Assembly: GCA_963674945.2 (NCBI GenBank)
Contig: CAXXWQ010000001.1
Coordinates: forward strand, 192,001 to 256,000
DNA: 64,000 nt
Reading direction: 5' to 3'
Source of the DNA: an uncultured Desulfosarcina sp.
GTDB taxonomy: Bacteria > Desulfobacterota > Desulfobacteria > Desulfobacterales > Desulfosarcinaceae
Under the pieces are notes generated by a model, which worked only from the letters and a program-made list of their open reading frames with translations, did not search any database and was not told where the DNA came from. The position numbers and the translations under genes are program-made. Of this stretch, positions 40,873-50,925 are shown in pieces. Position 1 is the stretch's first letter. Each line of letters starts with the position of its first letter.

Positions 40873-41790
40873 ATGTCTGACACAAGCCCTGCACCTTTGA
40901 AATCGGTATCCGTTCATGGGGGCTTGCCCGGGAACTTTCGGCTTTTTCGAAAGTGGGTCTGGCTCGTCATCATCTTCTGGTGTTTCTGCGGTTTTCCCTT
41001 GCCGTCTTATGCCCAACATCAAAAAACCATCGTCAACGACCTGAATATGACGTTCGCCCTGATTCCGGCCGGTATGTTCGTCATGGGAAGTCCTTTGACC
41101 GAGGCCCATCGGGGGGAGTCGGAGACGCAGCATCCGGTGACCATCAGCGAACCCTTTTACATGCAGACGACGGAAGTGACGGTGGACCAGTGGCGGATGG
41201 TCATGGGAAGGCGCATATTCGCCCGGAAGAGAGGCACTGGAGACATGCCGGTGGTCCGGGTCTCCTGGTACGACTGTATGAAATTCATTGAAAAGCTCAG
41301 TCAAAAGACGGGCCATCGCTACAGTTTGCCAACCGAAGCCCAATGGGAGTACGCTGCGCGGGCCGGCAGCACAACGGCCTATTTCTGGGGGGACCGAATC
41401 GACTGTTCCCGGGCCATGTTTGCCAACTATCCAAAAAAACATGACGATTGTGTTATCCGCAATCAGGCCATGGGCATTCCGCCTGGCGGTCCCGCACCGG
41501 TCGCCGGTTATGCACCCAATGGGTGGGGGCTGTACGATATGCACGGAAACGTCTGGGAATGGTGTCTGGATCTCTTTTCACCGTACGGCAGGACATCGGT
41601 GGTGGATCCCTGCCAAACCGCTTCCGGTACAAACCGGGTGCGCCGTGGAGGCGGCTGGTTTGGTCCCGGCTATTCCTGTCGAAGTGCCAACCGCGCCCAC
41701 GGCCACCCCATGAGCCGTTTGAATCATACAGGCTTTCGACTGGTCATGGCGTTGCCCCAAAAGGGCGCCGAGAAACAACACGATCGATGA
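40873..41790 (+). CDS. FGE-sulfatase (SUMF1/EgtB/PvdO-like) domain protein, exported
   Basis: IPAGMFVMGS, TTEVT, LPTEAQWEYAARAG, NGWGLYDMHGNVWEWC, RRGGGW and GFRLV; AGGAGG RBS. Confidence 0.9.
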   Translation: MSDTSPAPLKSVSVHGGLPGNFRLFRKWVWLVIIFWCFCGFPLPSYAQHQKTIVNDLNMTFALIPAGMFVMGSPLTEAHRGESETQHPVTISEPFYMQTTEVTVDQWRMVMGRRIFARKRGTGDMPVVRVSWYDCMKFIEKLSQKTGHRYSLPTEAQWEYAARAGSTTAYFWGDRIDCSRAMFANYPKKHDDCVIRNQAMGIPPGGPAPVAGYAPNGWGLYDMHGNVWEWCLDLFSPYGRTSVVDPCQTASGTNRVRRGGGWFGPGYSCRSANRAHGHPMSRLNHTGFRLVMALPQKGAEKQHDR

Positions 41791-41878
41791 AGGGACGCGA
41801 AATCCGACTTTGTTCGAGTTGATCAACATTGAAAAAAGAGACTGAATATCACAAGGTGTTGGAAAGGGTACATCCGAT

Positions 41879-44800
41879 TTGGCCATTCGCACACTGATCC
41901 GCCGCTGGTTTGACATCCATGAAGAGGAGATCGGCCTTTTTTTATGGTCCCTGATCCTTTTGTTTCTCGTTCGCAGTTCCGGGATTTTGCTGAACAACTA
42001 CGCCGAAACCACCTTTTTGAAACGGTATGGCGTCGAATACATGCCCATCGTGACCATGATCAACGCCGTGATGACCTTCTTCCTAATGGGCCTGATGACC
42101 GGCTTCATGACCCGGGTGCCCGGTGCCCGGCTTCTTTCCCGTCTCTTCGTCTTCTGCGGATTGTCCGTCGCCGGACTCAGGGCCATTATCCCTTTGGGTA
42201 TCGACCTCATCTATCCGGCCCTGTTCATGCTCAAATCCCAGTATGAAGTGCTGCTTGCCCTGCTGTTCTGGAATCTTGCCAACGATCTGTTCAACACACG
42301 GCAGTCCAAACGTCTTTTTCCCCTGATCACGGCCGGCGGCGTTGTCGGCCAGATTCTGGGCAGTTTCGCAACGCCTGTGGTGGCACGATGGTTTCACCTG
42401 GACAACCTGCTGATCGTCTACGTGGCCACCGCCTTTTCCGGTGCCTGGGCCGTTCATGCAATGGGCAGGCGTTTTCCCACCTTGCTGTTCCAGCAGGAAA
42501 AAGGAGGAGAAGAGAAGAAAAAGACCAATATGGTAGAGGAAATCAAGACATTGCTGCCGCTGATCCGTTCTTCTCTTTTGTTTAAGATTCTAGTGGTGCT
42601 CACTTTCATGCCCAACGTGGTGATCCCCATCATGAATTATCAGTTCAATTTCGCCGTGAACGAGCAGTTCGCCACCGAGTCGGGACTCATCGCCTTCTTC
42701 GGGTATTTTCGCGGTGTGCTCAACATCGTCAGCCTCGTGATTCTCCTGTTCGTGGGCAAGCTCTACGATCGCTTCGGCCTTTCCGTGGCCCTGATGTTTC
42801 ACCCGTTCAATTACCTTCTGGTCTTTCTGACGTTTCTCTTTCGGTTCGATGCCGTGGCGGCCATGTACGCAAGAATGTCATCCAACATCATCCGTACCAC
42901 CATCAACATTCCGGCGACGGCGGTGGTGACCGGACTGTTTCCCGACAGCTACCGTGCACTGGTACGGCCATTTCTCCGGGGCACCGTGGTTCGCATCGGT
43001 CTGTTTTTGGGGTCCGGGCTGATCCTTATTTCCGAAAACCTGTTTCACCCGCGTTACCTTTCTTTGGTGGCCATGCCATTTGTACTGGCCTGGTTGATCA
43101 TGCCTTTCGTGCTGAAACGACGCTATGCAGACATCCTGTTGGATCTGATCGAAGATGACCGAATCGATTTTCGCTTACTGGATGAGGCACAACTGGAGCA
43201 GGTATTCCGGGACAAGGCGGTGCAAGATCGCCTGTTGCAACGATTTATGGCCGAATTCGGAGAAAACCGGCTGTGGTATGCGCGGTTTTTGCAATCCATC
43301 GCCTTTCCCGGTCTCGACACCCACCTATTGAAAGCCATCGGTGAAGAGACGGACAATTCGGTCCGGTTGGGTCTGGTCCGTCTGCTTTCGGACCAGGCGG
43401 GACAGGAGGCCATGGCGGTTTTCGGCCGGTGGATCCAAGAGGCGGAGTCCGACCTGGCCGTTGCCATGATCGATGCCGGTCACCGAATGTCTCCAACGCT
43501 TTTTGCCCCCATGAATCGACAGATATTCGAATCCAAGATGCCCCTTGCGGTGCGCGCCCACGCCGCGGGGGCTCTTTTCGCCGTGGATCCGGAGCGGTTC
43601 GGTCCGATCATCGAAGGCTGGCTTTCGGCCGGGGACAAACAAACCCGACATGCCGGTATCCTCGCCGCCGGTGTCTGTCGGGACAAGCGTTTCGAAACCC
43701 CTTTACAGGGCCTGTTGTCTGCGGATGACCATACGCAGCTGCTTGCCTTGGAAAGCTTGCACGCCCTTGGTGCGACCGGCCTCAACGACCTGGTGGTTCA
43801 TCGCCTCGATGACGCCGATCCGCGAATGCGCCATGACGCATTGGAAGTATTTTCGATTCGGGACGAGACCGATTTGAAGAAGGTCATTTCCCTGTTGGGA
43901 GATCGATCCAATGCGGTCAGGGAACTGGCACGGGAGAAAATTCGGAGTGCCGAATACCAGAACAGTCAGCGACTGATCAAGTCCCTTTCCCTGCCCCGGA
44001 AAAGGGTGCGAGAATCATTGTATGAACTGCTTTCCGATATGTCCATCAAGGATCTGGATGTGTTTCGGTTCGTCGCGTCCCAGGCGCGCGCATGCTACCT
44101 GCTGATCATCCAGGCCGATGCAGTAAAAATACTTGCCGATAGCGGGATCTGCCGGCTCTTGGAAACTCATCTTCAAGAACGGGTCTGGTTCACGCTGCAA
44201 ACCACGATTCGGGTTCTGGCCGTACAAGATCGATCGGGACGGATGAATACCGTTGCCAAGGGGCTCTTCTCGTCAGACAAACGACAGCGGGCCAACAGCC
44301 TGGAAGCCATGGACGATATACTGGATAAGGGGACCTTCCGATTGCTGGTACCGCTTCTGGATGATTCTTCCCCGGTGGACCAGATCCAAGCGGGCCAGCT
44401 GCGTTTCCCCAACGAGTTGAAGATACCGACGCCGTCAGAAGTAATCGACGGTCTTCTGAAGAGCCGGAGCTGGGTCTCCCTGGTTTTGACGCTTGCCATC
44501 ATCGAGGATGGGACGGTAACGCCACCACCGATTGAGCGAATCGATGAACTCGTTGGCCACGAGAATGTCTATGTTTCCCAAACGGCGAAGCGTCTGCAGA
44601 GACGTCTGACACAGCGTTCATTATCACAGGAGCAGGATATGAAGACGGAACCCACGATTGCGCTGACGGATAAGATTCTTTACCTGAGAAAGATCGAAAT
44701 TTTTTCCGACCTTTCCATCAATGAGCTTGCCGCCATCGCTTCAGTTACCGAAGAGGTGGTTTACGAAGAACTGGAGACGGTCTTTCATGAGGGAGAAAAA

Positions 44801-45103
44801 GGCGATACCCTTTTTCTCATCGTCGAGGGTGATGTGTCCGTTCTCAAGGATTTAAAAGGGGACAATCCCTTCGAACTGGACCGCATCGGCGCAGGTGACT
44901 ACTTTGGGGAGATGGCGCTTTTCGGTGACGACCGACGATCCGCCACCATCCAGGTGAGAGAATCCGCCCGATTCCTCACACTCGAAAAACAGGAATTTCA
45001 GGAAATCGTCCGTGAATTCCCGCAGATCGCTCTGCACGTGTGCCGGGTTCTCACCATGCGTATCCGCCACCTGCATGGCAAATTGTCCGAACATACCTGT
45101 TGA
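41879..45103 (+). CDS. NTT/TLC-family (ADP/ATP carrier-like) MFS transporter fused to HEAT repeats and a cyclic-nucleotide-binding domain
   Basis: About 12 TM segments with FWNLANDLFNTRQSKRLFPLI, a helical HEAT region, and a C-terminal cNMP domain (FHEGEKGD..GDYFGEMALF..RRSATI). Confidence 0.88.
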   Translation: MAIRTLIRRWFDIHEEEIGLFLWSLILLFLVRSSGILLNNYAETTFLKRYGVEYMPIVTMINAVMTFFLMGLMTGFMTRVPGARLLSRLFVFCGLSVAGLRAIIPLGIDLIYPALFMLKSQYEVLLALLFWNLANDLFNTRQSKRLFPLITAGGVVGQILGSFATPVVARWFHLDNLLIVYVATAFSGAWAVHAMGRRFPTLLFQQEKGGEEKKKTNMVEEIKTLLPLIRSSLLFKILVVLTFMPNVVIPIMNYQFNFAVNEQFATESGLIAFFGYFRGVLNIVSLVILLFVGKLYDRFGLSVALMFHPFNYLLVFLTFLFRFDAVAAMYARMSSNIIRTTINIPATAVVTGLFPDSYRALVRPFLRGTVVRIGLFLGSGLILISENLFHPRYLSLVAMPFVLAWLIMPFVLKRRYADILLDLIEDDRIDFRLLDEAQLEQVFRDKAVQDRLLQRFMAEFGENRLWYARFLQSIAFPGLDTHLLKAIGEETDNSVRLGLVRLLSDQAGQEAMAVFGRWIQEAESDLAVAMIDAGHRMSPTLFAPMNRQIFESKMPLAVRAHAAGALFAVDPERFGPIIEGWLSAGDKQTRHAGILAAGVCRDKRFETPLQGLLSADDHTQLLALESLHALGATGLNDLVVHRLDDADPRMRHDALEVFSIRDETDLKKVISLLGDRSNAVRELAREKIRSAEYQNSQRLIKSLSLPRKRVRESLYELLSDMSIKDLDVFRFVASQARACYLLIIQADAVKILADSGICRLLETHLQERVWFTLQTTIRVLAVQDRSGRMNTVAKGLFSSDKRQRANSLEAMDDILDKGTFRLLVPLLDDSSPVDQIQAGQLRFPNELKIPTPSEVIDGLLKSRSWVSLVLTLAIIEDGTVTPPPIERIDELVGHENVYVSQTAKRLQRRLTQRSLSQEQDMKTEPTIALTDKILYLRKIEIFSDLSINELAAIASVTEEVVYEELETVFHEGEKGDTLFLIVEGDVSVLKDLKGDNPFELDRIGAGDYFGEMALFGDDRRSATIQVRESARFLTLEKQEFQEIVREFPQIALHVCRVLTMRIRHLHGKLSEHTC

Positions 45104-45228
45104 TGGTTTCGTAAAAAGTCCGATATCGGCGCCTGCGCTTCGCCCCTCGTCACCGCGACGTATCCAACCATACGCCTCATTGCTTAGGGGCTCGCAATCC
45201 TTGATCTCGGACTTTTTACGAAACCGTC
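45102..45228. repeat. Palindromic intergenic element, family A copy 2 (inverted relative to copies 1 and 3)
   Basis: GATGGTTTCGTAAAAAGTCCGA...TCGGACTTTTTACGAAACCGTC; begins within the TGA stop of the NTT gene. Confidence 0.9.
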
Positions 45229-45288
45229 GGAGTTACGGATTTTTAGAAGTTCATCATACCTGTAAAGAATTACAGTGGCGTATAGGGC

Positions 45289-46203
45289 CTAAACTAATTT
45301 AAGCTGTTTTGCCTGCTCCCACAACTTTTTCGCCAGATGGACCGTGGCCTGGTCCACCATGCGCCCATCCACGGCAACGGCCCCCTTTCCCTGGTCCCGG
45401 GCGGCCGCATTGGCGTCCAGGATCCTTTTTGCCTGCTGGATCTGTGTTTCCGTCGGGGAGAAGACCCTGTTGATGATACCGATCTGATCCGGGTGAATGG
45501 CCCACTTTCCGTCACAGCCCAAGGCACACGACATGCTTGCCGAGCGCTCGAGACCGTCGGGGTCCTTGAAGTTGCCGTAGGGTGCGTCGATGGCCATGGC
45601 ATTATTGGCCTTGGCCGCCATTACCATGCGGCTTATGGCGAAATTCCAGCGATGGCCGGGGTAAATGGACTCCTCGTTTTCGCCGTGACCGGAGATGGAG
45701 ACGATCCGGGCACCCACCGAGGCACTGTAGTCGGCGATGCCGAAGACAAGGGTGCGGATTCGCCGGCTGGCCCGAACGATTTCACTCACCCGCTCCATGC
45801 CTTGGGCGGTCTCGATGGAGGCCTCTATACCGATGGGATCGGCCATCCCCTTATCCAGTTCGATGCCGGTCAACAGCCGGTCTACGAAATGGATATCGCC
45901 GGGATCATTCACCTTGGGGATTACCACCGTATCGATCCGGTCCCCTGCCTTGGTGACGATCTGTAAAAGATCCCGGTATCCAAAGGCCGAATCGATGCCA
46001 TTGATGCGAACGGTGATGGTGCGTTCTCCCGCGGGCTGATCCATCAGGGTTCGGATCACCTGGTCCCGGGCATTCTCTTTGGCGTCCAGCGGGACCGAGT
46101 CTTCCAGGTCCAGCATCACCACGTCGGCAGCGCCGGTCATGGCTTTTTGGTGCATCTTTTCGATGTGGCCGGGAACCGAGAGGATCGATCGTCTAGATTT
46201 CAT
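45289..46203 (-). CDS. HpcH/HpaI aldolase / citrate lyase beta (CitE, malyl-CoA lyase-like) family protein
   Basis: RSILSVPG, LDLEDSV, VRIN, IETAQG, FGIADYSAS, GKWAIHPDQI and GRMVD. Confidence 0.9.
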   Translation of the reverse strand: MKSRRSILSVPGHIEKMHQKAMTGAADVVMLDLEDSVPLDAKENARDQVIRTLMDQPAGERTITVRINGIDSAFGYRDLLQIVTKAGDRIDTVVIPKVNDPGDIHFVDRLLTGIELDKGMADPIGIEASIETAQGMERVSEIVRASRRIRTLVFGIADYSASVGARIVSISGHGENEESIYPGHRWNFAISRMVMAAKANNAMAIDAPYGNFKDPDGLERSASMSCALGCDGKWAIHPDQIGIINRVFSPTETQIQQAKRILDANAAARDQGKGAVAVDGRMVDQATVHLAKKLWEQAKQLKLV

Positions 46204-46574
46204 GGGACGTCCTTTCCGATTTTCATTTTGAAATTTTTTCTGGGTAACATTGATGCACAATCCGAATCGCAAAGAAAAAATCAGGCTCTCATGGTAACAG
46301 ACAGCCGCAATGTAAGGCCCGCGTCGTCATGGACTGCGGTTTTCATTTTCTAACCATAGTTTTTCTCCGTTTACAATTCAATCACCTTGTTCATATCCTT
46401 GACAATGACCAACGAAACGATTTATCCGTTGTATACCGCTTTGCCTACCTGGTGGGAGACTACGAAATATCAACACAGATTCTTAGCGTCGGGCGTCCAG
46501 ATCGGGCATATGAAATCTTCGCCCATGGATTGAACGAATCACCATCGTCTATTTTTCAAAAAAGGAGGCTGAAA

Positions 46575-47114
46575 ATGGCAACCGCTTCAAAGGAAGAGAG
46601 AAGGGAAAAGGTCGTCGAAGTGTTGAACAAGGCCCGTGCCATGGAGCTTCAGGCCATCATCCAGTATATGAACCAGCACTACAATCTGGATGACATGGAC
46701 TACGGAGAGCTGGCCGCCAAGATCAAACTCATCGCCATCGATGAAATGCGCCACGCCGAGCAGTTTGCCGAGCGGATCAAGGAACTGGGCGGCGAGCCGG
46801 TTTCGGGCCACGACGGCAAAATCGAAAAAGGGCAGGAAGTGGACAAGGTTTTCTCCTTCGACGCCGATCTGGAAGACGACACCATCGATACCTACAACCA
46901 GTTTCTCCTGGTGTGCAGGGAAAACGGCGACAGCATCAGCATGAAGATATTCGAGCAGATCATCGACGAAGAGCAGATCCACTTCAACTATTTCGACAAC
47001 GTAGACGGCCACATCAAGAAACTCGGCGACACCTTCCTGGCAAAGATCGCCGGCACTTCATCTGCGACCGGATTGGGGAACAGCGGGTTTGTCGTAAGTG
47101 GTGAAGGCGAATAA
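46575..47114 (+). CDS. bfr: Bacterioferritin (Desulfovibrio type)
   Basis: ELQAIIQYMNQH, IDEMRHAEQFAERI and IIDEEQIH ferroxidase ligands; AGGAGG RBS before ATG 46575. Confidence 0.9.
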   Translation: MATASKEERREKVVEVLNKARAMELQAIIQYMNQHYNLDDMDYGELAAKIKLIAIDEMRHAEQFAERIKELGGEPVSGHDGKIEKGQEVDKVFSFDADLEDDTIDTYNQFLLVCRENGDSISMKIFEQIIDEEQIHFNYFDNVDGHIKKLGDTFLAKIAGTSSATGLGNSGFVVSGEGE

Positions 47115-47417
47115 ACCAGAAAAGATACCTGGGAGAACAAAAGGCGGATCCGGATTCCGGCCAAGGGGCGTATCGACCGGGTGAAGCGGCGACCGAAGAC
47201 GGTTGATTCACGGCGGTTCAAAACGCCCCACGGCTGTTTCAACGATCTTACGGAAAGCAGGGCACGGGCATGGGTCTGGTGACAGTGTACGGCACCGTGA
47301 AGCAGGCATGGAGAAAATATCTGGGTTGAAAGTAAGCAGGGAGAGGGCTCCGCTTTCGATTCAGCGTGAAGGCATTGCCTGCTAAAGTGAGAGAGGTGTT
47401 GGATACATCGTGACCCG

Positions 47418-47978
47418 TCAGTTTTCCACGAGTATTGCCAGTTTCATGAGTCGGGAGCTTAGTTTCACCCCCTGCCGGTCCACAGTTTTCGGATTGATCT
47501 CAAAATGAAATCGATCGTTCTTCTTGAAGATGTTGACGGCGCCGCCGTGCCGGATGAAATCCGGTTTTTCGCCGATGGTTAAAATCGCTTTTCCCTTGGC
47601 GGCCTCCAATGCCTGGGCCAGTTGGGCGGCATCCACCATTCGGCCAAAAAATATCATATGGACAGTATCGGCCGATTCCGTAAATCGAACCACCAGCTTT
47701 CGCTTGCCGACGTGTTTTTGATGGATCCCGGCAAATGCTTTCCGGATGGTTTCGTCTCCGAATACCAAAAGCTCGATGGGAGACGACGGTTCGACGAAGG
47801 CATCATCCGGCCAGGTGGTGTAACGGGCGAAATTGTAAGTGAAGGCGGCCTTGATCTTCTCTTCCGACAGATCGTCGGCCCATGCGTTGCTCATCGTCCA
47901 AATCACCAACAATGAAAACAGGCACAAAGACCCGTAGGCCCGGTAGCGTATGGTATTTGTCTGACGGTTTTGTCGCAT
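47418..47978 (-). CDS. YfiR family (DUF4154) periplasmic protein
   Basis: IKAAFTYNFARYTTWP, ILTIGE and FEINP..LSSRLMKLA. Confidence 0.88.
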   Translation of the reverse strand: MRQNRQTNTIRYRAYGSLCLFSLLVIWTMSNAWADDLSEEKIKAAFTYNFARYTTWPDDAFVEPSSPIELLVFGDETIRKAFAGIHQKHVGKRKLVVRFTESADTVHMIFFGRMVDAAQLAQALEAAKGKAILTIGEKPDFIRHGGAVNIFKKNDRFHFEINPKTVDRQGVKLSSRLMKLAILVEN

Positions 47979-47982
47979 GGCC

Positions 47983-49995
47983 TTAAAATGCAAAGGTGAT
48001 TTTTCCGTACACCGCTCGCTGGATCTCGGTGGGAGGGGAATACATCTCTTGCACCGACTCCATGTGATGCGGTGAAAAGAGATTCTGACCCACCAGGGAG
48101 ATCTCCACCAAGGGAACGGGGCGCCAGGCCAGACGAACATCGGCGGTCCAATAATCGCCGATGTAGTAAACAAATTCCGGCTCATCTGAGCGCATCGTGG
48201 TTGCCTCGTCCATGTATCGAAGCCAAAGATCCAGTTCCAGATCGTCTATGATCGTGTACGCCGAACGAAAAGAGAGCTGATGCCGGGGTGCGACGCCCGC
48301 CTGCAGTCCCTGTTCGAAATTGCTCATCAGGTACGTGTATGAGAGATCCAGCTTCATTTCATCGAATGGTCGCCATGCGACGGCCAGTTCCGCACCGTAG
48401 GCCCGGGTTGTGAACTCGTTGGTAAAATTGACCGGAATTACAATGTAGGTTTCTTCCAGTTTCGGAGTGTCCTGTTCGGACATTCGTAACCAATCATAAT
48501 CATTATAGAAAATGGCAATATCGAGGGAAAATGCCGGTTCCGGTAAGAAACGGTAGCCAACTTCGTAAGCGACCAATTGCTCCGAATCGAAATCTTTGTT
48601 GCCCAACACCCTGCCTTCCGCCGGCGGTAATTGTTCATCGGCGAGACGCAGCACCGCGGTGGCGAAATCGCCATCGGTTTCCATACGGGATGGTGTGCGC
48701 ACCGCCCGTGAGACGGCGGCCCACAACCTGTTCCGGTCATCTACGGCCCACAGCAGCCGGACACCGGGTTGCACCTCTGTCCCGGAATAGTCGTTGTGTT
48801 CGATCTTCGATCCCACCGTGAGCCACAGCCGATTCCGCATCATGGCAATTTCGTCCTGTACAAAGGCGCTGAAGAGGTTGTCCCATCGGCTGTCCGGTTC
48901 TACGATCACGGTCGGCGTGATGTCGAACTTGTCATGGGAGCCGCGGTACCGAAGGCCCCATATCATATCATGATTGCGGCCTGCCGCCAGATGATGCTGA
49001 AAATCCAGGTCGATGATATCGTACTGCTGACGGAAGAACGCCTCCTCCCGTACAAACCGGTCATAGTAGGCCTGTAGCGTCACATCCGATTTGAAGGAGA
49101 TGCTTCGCTGCCAGCGTGCCAGCAGGTTTCCGCCTGCAACATCGGCGTCGTCGTGGACCACCTGCGCGGGTGGAGCGGCCACCGACGGCACTGCCAGCGT
49201 CTGTTGAATATCCCCCTCGTAGATATCCCCCTGGACGGTCAGTGTGTCGGCCTCCGCCAGCTGGCTGTCCCAGCGAAAACCGCCCTGGCGCATGCCCCAT
49301 TCATCGCCGGCATCGGCACCGTTTTCGAGTTCGTATTCGTTCCTTTCGAATCCTTTGGCATAGACGCGCCCGTGGCCGTCATTGCCCCATTTACCACCGT
49401 ATCGGACGCCGGCAAAGGCCTTCTCGAAACTTCCACCGCCGATGGTAACCAGGCCCCCTTGTGTGTCTTTGGCCGATTTCGTGATGATGTTGATCACTCC
49501 GTTGACCGCGTTGGCGCCCCACAAGGTGGCGCCGGGTCCCCGGATCACTTCGATGCGCTGAACATCTTCCAGCATCACGTCCTGTACTTCCCAATAGACG
49601 CCGGAATAGGAAGGCGTATATACGCTGCGACCATCGATGAGCACCAGCAGCTTATCGGAAAACCGGGAGTGGGGGCCGCGGCTGTTTACCGCCCATTTGT
49701 TGGCGTCGATGCGGGCCACGGTGAGGCCGGGCACCATCCGCAGGGCGTCGGGCACATTGGTCACCCCCGATCGCCGCAAATCGTCGCCGGTGATGACGAA
49801 GATTGCCGCCGCGCTTTCGGAAAGTGGCTTGGCCTTCTTGGTGACCGAAGTCACTTCGATTTCCATCAACTCCTCAAGGCTCATTTCGGTCAGATCGATA
49901 TTGACGGCGCCAACATTCCGGCTTGGGTTGTACAATGCCAGAAAGACAAAAAGAAATAACCACAGGAAGCTTTGTTTGTGGATTCTTTTTGTCAT
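47983..49995 (-). CDS. TonB-dependent receptor (YfiR-associated type)
   Basis: MSLEELMEIEVTSV, ALRMVPG, LVLIDGRSVY, RIEVIRGPGATLWGANAVNGVINIITK and a terminal Phe. Confidence 0.93.
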   Translation of the reverse strand: MTKRIHKQSFLWLFLFVFLALYNPSRNVGAVNIDLTEMSLEELMEIEVTSVTKKAKPLSESAAAIFVITGDDLRRSGVTNVPDALRMVPGLTVARIDANKWAVNSRGPHSRFSDKLLVLIDGRSVYTPSYSGVYWEVQDVMLEDVQRIEVIRGPGATLWGANAVNGVINIITKSAKDTQGGLVTIGGGSFEKAFAGVRYGGKWGNDGHGRVYAKGFERNEYELENGADAGDEWGMRQGGFRWDSQLAEADTLTVQGDIYEGDIQQTLAVPSVAAPPAQVVHDDADVAGGNLLARWQRSISFKSDVTLQAYYDRFVREEAFFRQQYDIIDLDFQHHLAAGRNHDMIWGLRYRGSHDKFDITPTVIVEPDSRWDNLFSAFVQDEIAMMRNRLWLTVGSKIEHNDYSGTEVQPGVRLLWAVDDRNRLWAAVSRAVRTPSRMETDGDFATAVLRLADEQLPPAEGRVLGNKDFDSEQLVAYEVGYRFLPEPAFSLDIAIFYNDYDWLRMSEQDTPKLEETYIVIPVNFTNEFTTRAYGAELAVAWRPFDEMKLDLSYTYLMSNFEQGLQAGVAPRHQLSFRSAYTIIDDLELDLWLRYMDEATTMRSDEPEFVYYIGDYWTADVRLAWRPVPLVEISLVGQNLFSPHHMESVQEMYSPPTEIQRAVYGKITFAF

Positions 49996-50271
49996 CGAGT
50001 ACCTTTCAGATCTGTTCTGGATTCGTATTCAAGTGGACCTTTTCGCTCATTTGTGCACAGGTATCGGACAGTTCATAAATCGGTTCTCATGGATATTTCT
50101 TTATCATTTTTGTAATTTCGTGAGGATGAACGCGGTTAAGAAATAATTCCATCGCAATGGCGGTTTTTGGCCATGGGCGACAGCGGTGATGGGTGATGGA
50201 TCATCGGCGAGGGCTTTCAGGCGGTATTGGGTTTGAAAAATGAAAACAGCGTTCCACCCGACAATACCGGT

Positions 50272-50925
50272 TTAAAAGCCCATCTCCTCGTTAATCAGGA
50301 TCACCTTGATCCGGTGCTTGGGAAAGCTCTTTTCCGTTATCGTCCAGGTGTTGCATATGCGGTCCGGGCTGCTGCAATCTTCGCATCGTCCGGTCTGCCC
50401 GCAGGGGCTCTTCTTGTCCAGGCGCATCACATTGACCGGAGCCACGTAGTTTTTTATCCGTGCGAAAGCTTTGTTAAGATCCGGAACGATTTTATTTCGC
50501 CCCACCAGGACCAGCACCTGCTTGGGGCCGAAGGTCAATGCGCCCACCCGGTTACCGATCATATCCAGGTTGACCAGTTGGCCGGCTTCGGTGATGGCAT
50601 TGGTTCCTGTAATGAAAAGGTCCACCAGAAGGGCTTCCCGCCGTCGCTGGAGGCTTTGTTCCGGCGGAAGGTGCTTGTCGAAGGTATCCAGCACCGTGTA
50701 TGTGGCGTCATTTTTCAGCGCCTCGTAAAGGCGGGTGCCGACAAAGGTCATGGATCCACCCCAACTGATGGTCTTGGGGGCGACGGCCGGGATGATGGTC
50801 TCGTGGGCGATTTTTTTTGCCTGGTCCTTATTATCGGCCAAATAGACTTCGAATCGATTGGCCTCCAGCGCTTTCTTCGTCTGCTGCAGCCGAATATCCC
50901 AGAAATTACCAATGGGATTGTCCAT
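50272..50925 (-). CDS. LUD (lactate utilization C / YkgG-like) domain protein
   Basis: WGGSMT, ITGTNAIT..GQLVNLD.IGNRV, GRNKIV, PC..TGRCEDC.SPDRIC and EEMGF. Confidence 0.85.
   Translation of the reverse strand: MDNPIGNFWDIRLQQTKKALEANRFEVYLADNKDQAKKIAHETIIPAVAPKTISWGGSMTFVGTRLYEALKNDATYTVLDTFDKHLPPEQSLQRRREALLVDLFITGTNAITEAGQLVNLDMIGNRVGALTFGPKQVLVLVGRNKIVPDLNKAFARIKNYVAPVNVMRLDKKSPCGQTGRCEDCSSPDRICNTWTITEKSFPKHRIKVILINEEMGF

Noticed and set aside
46329..46574. 82-aa N-terminal extension on bacterioferritin
   Set aside because: A strong AGGAGG RBS precedes ATG 46575, and the extension looks like intergenic promoter sequence.
50211..50281. Imperfect inverted repeat upstream of the TonB receptor as a possible riboswitch
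   Set aside because: No cobalamin or TPP consensus is visible; it overlaps the LUD gene stop and is more simply a terminator-like hairpin.
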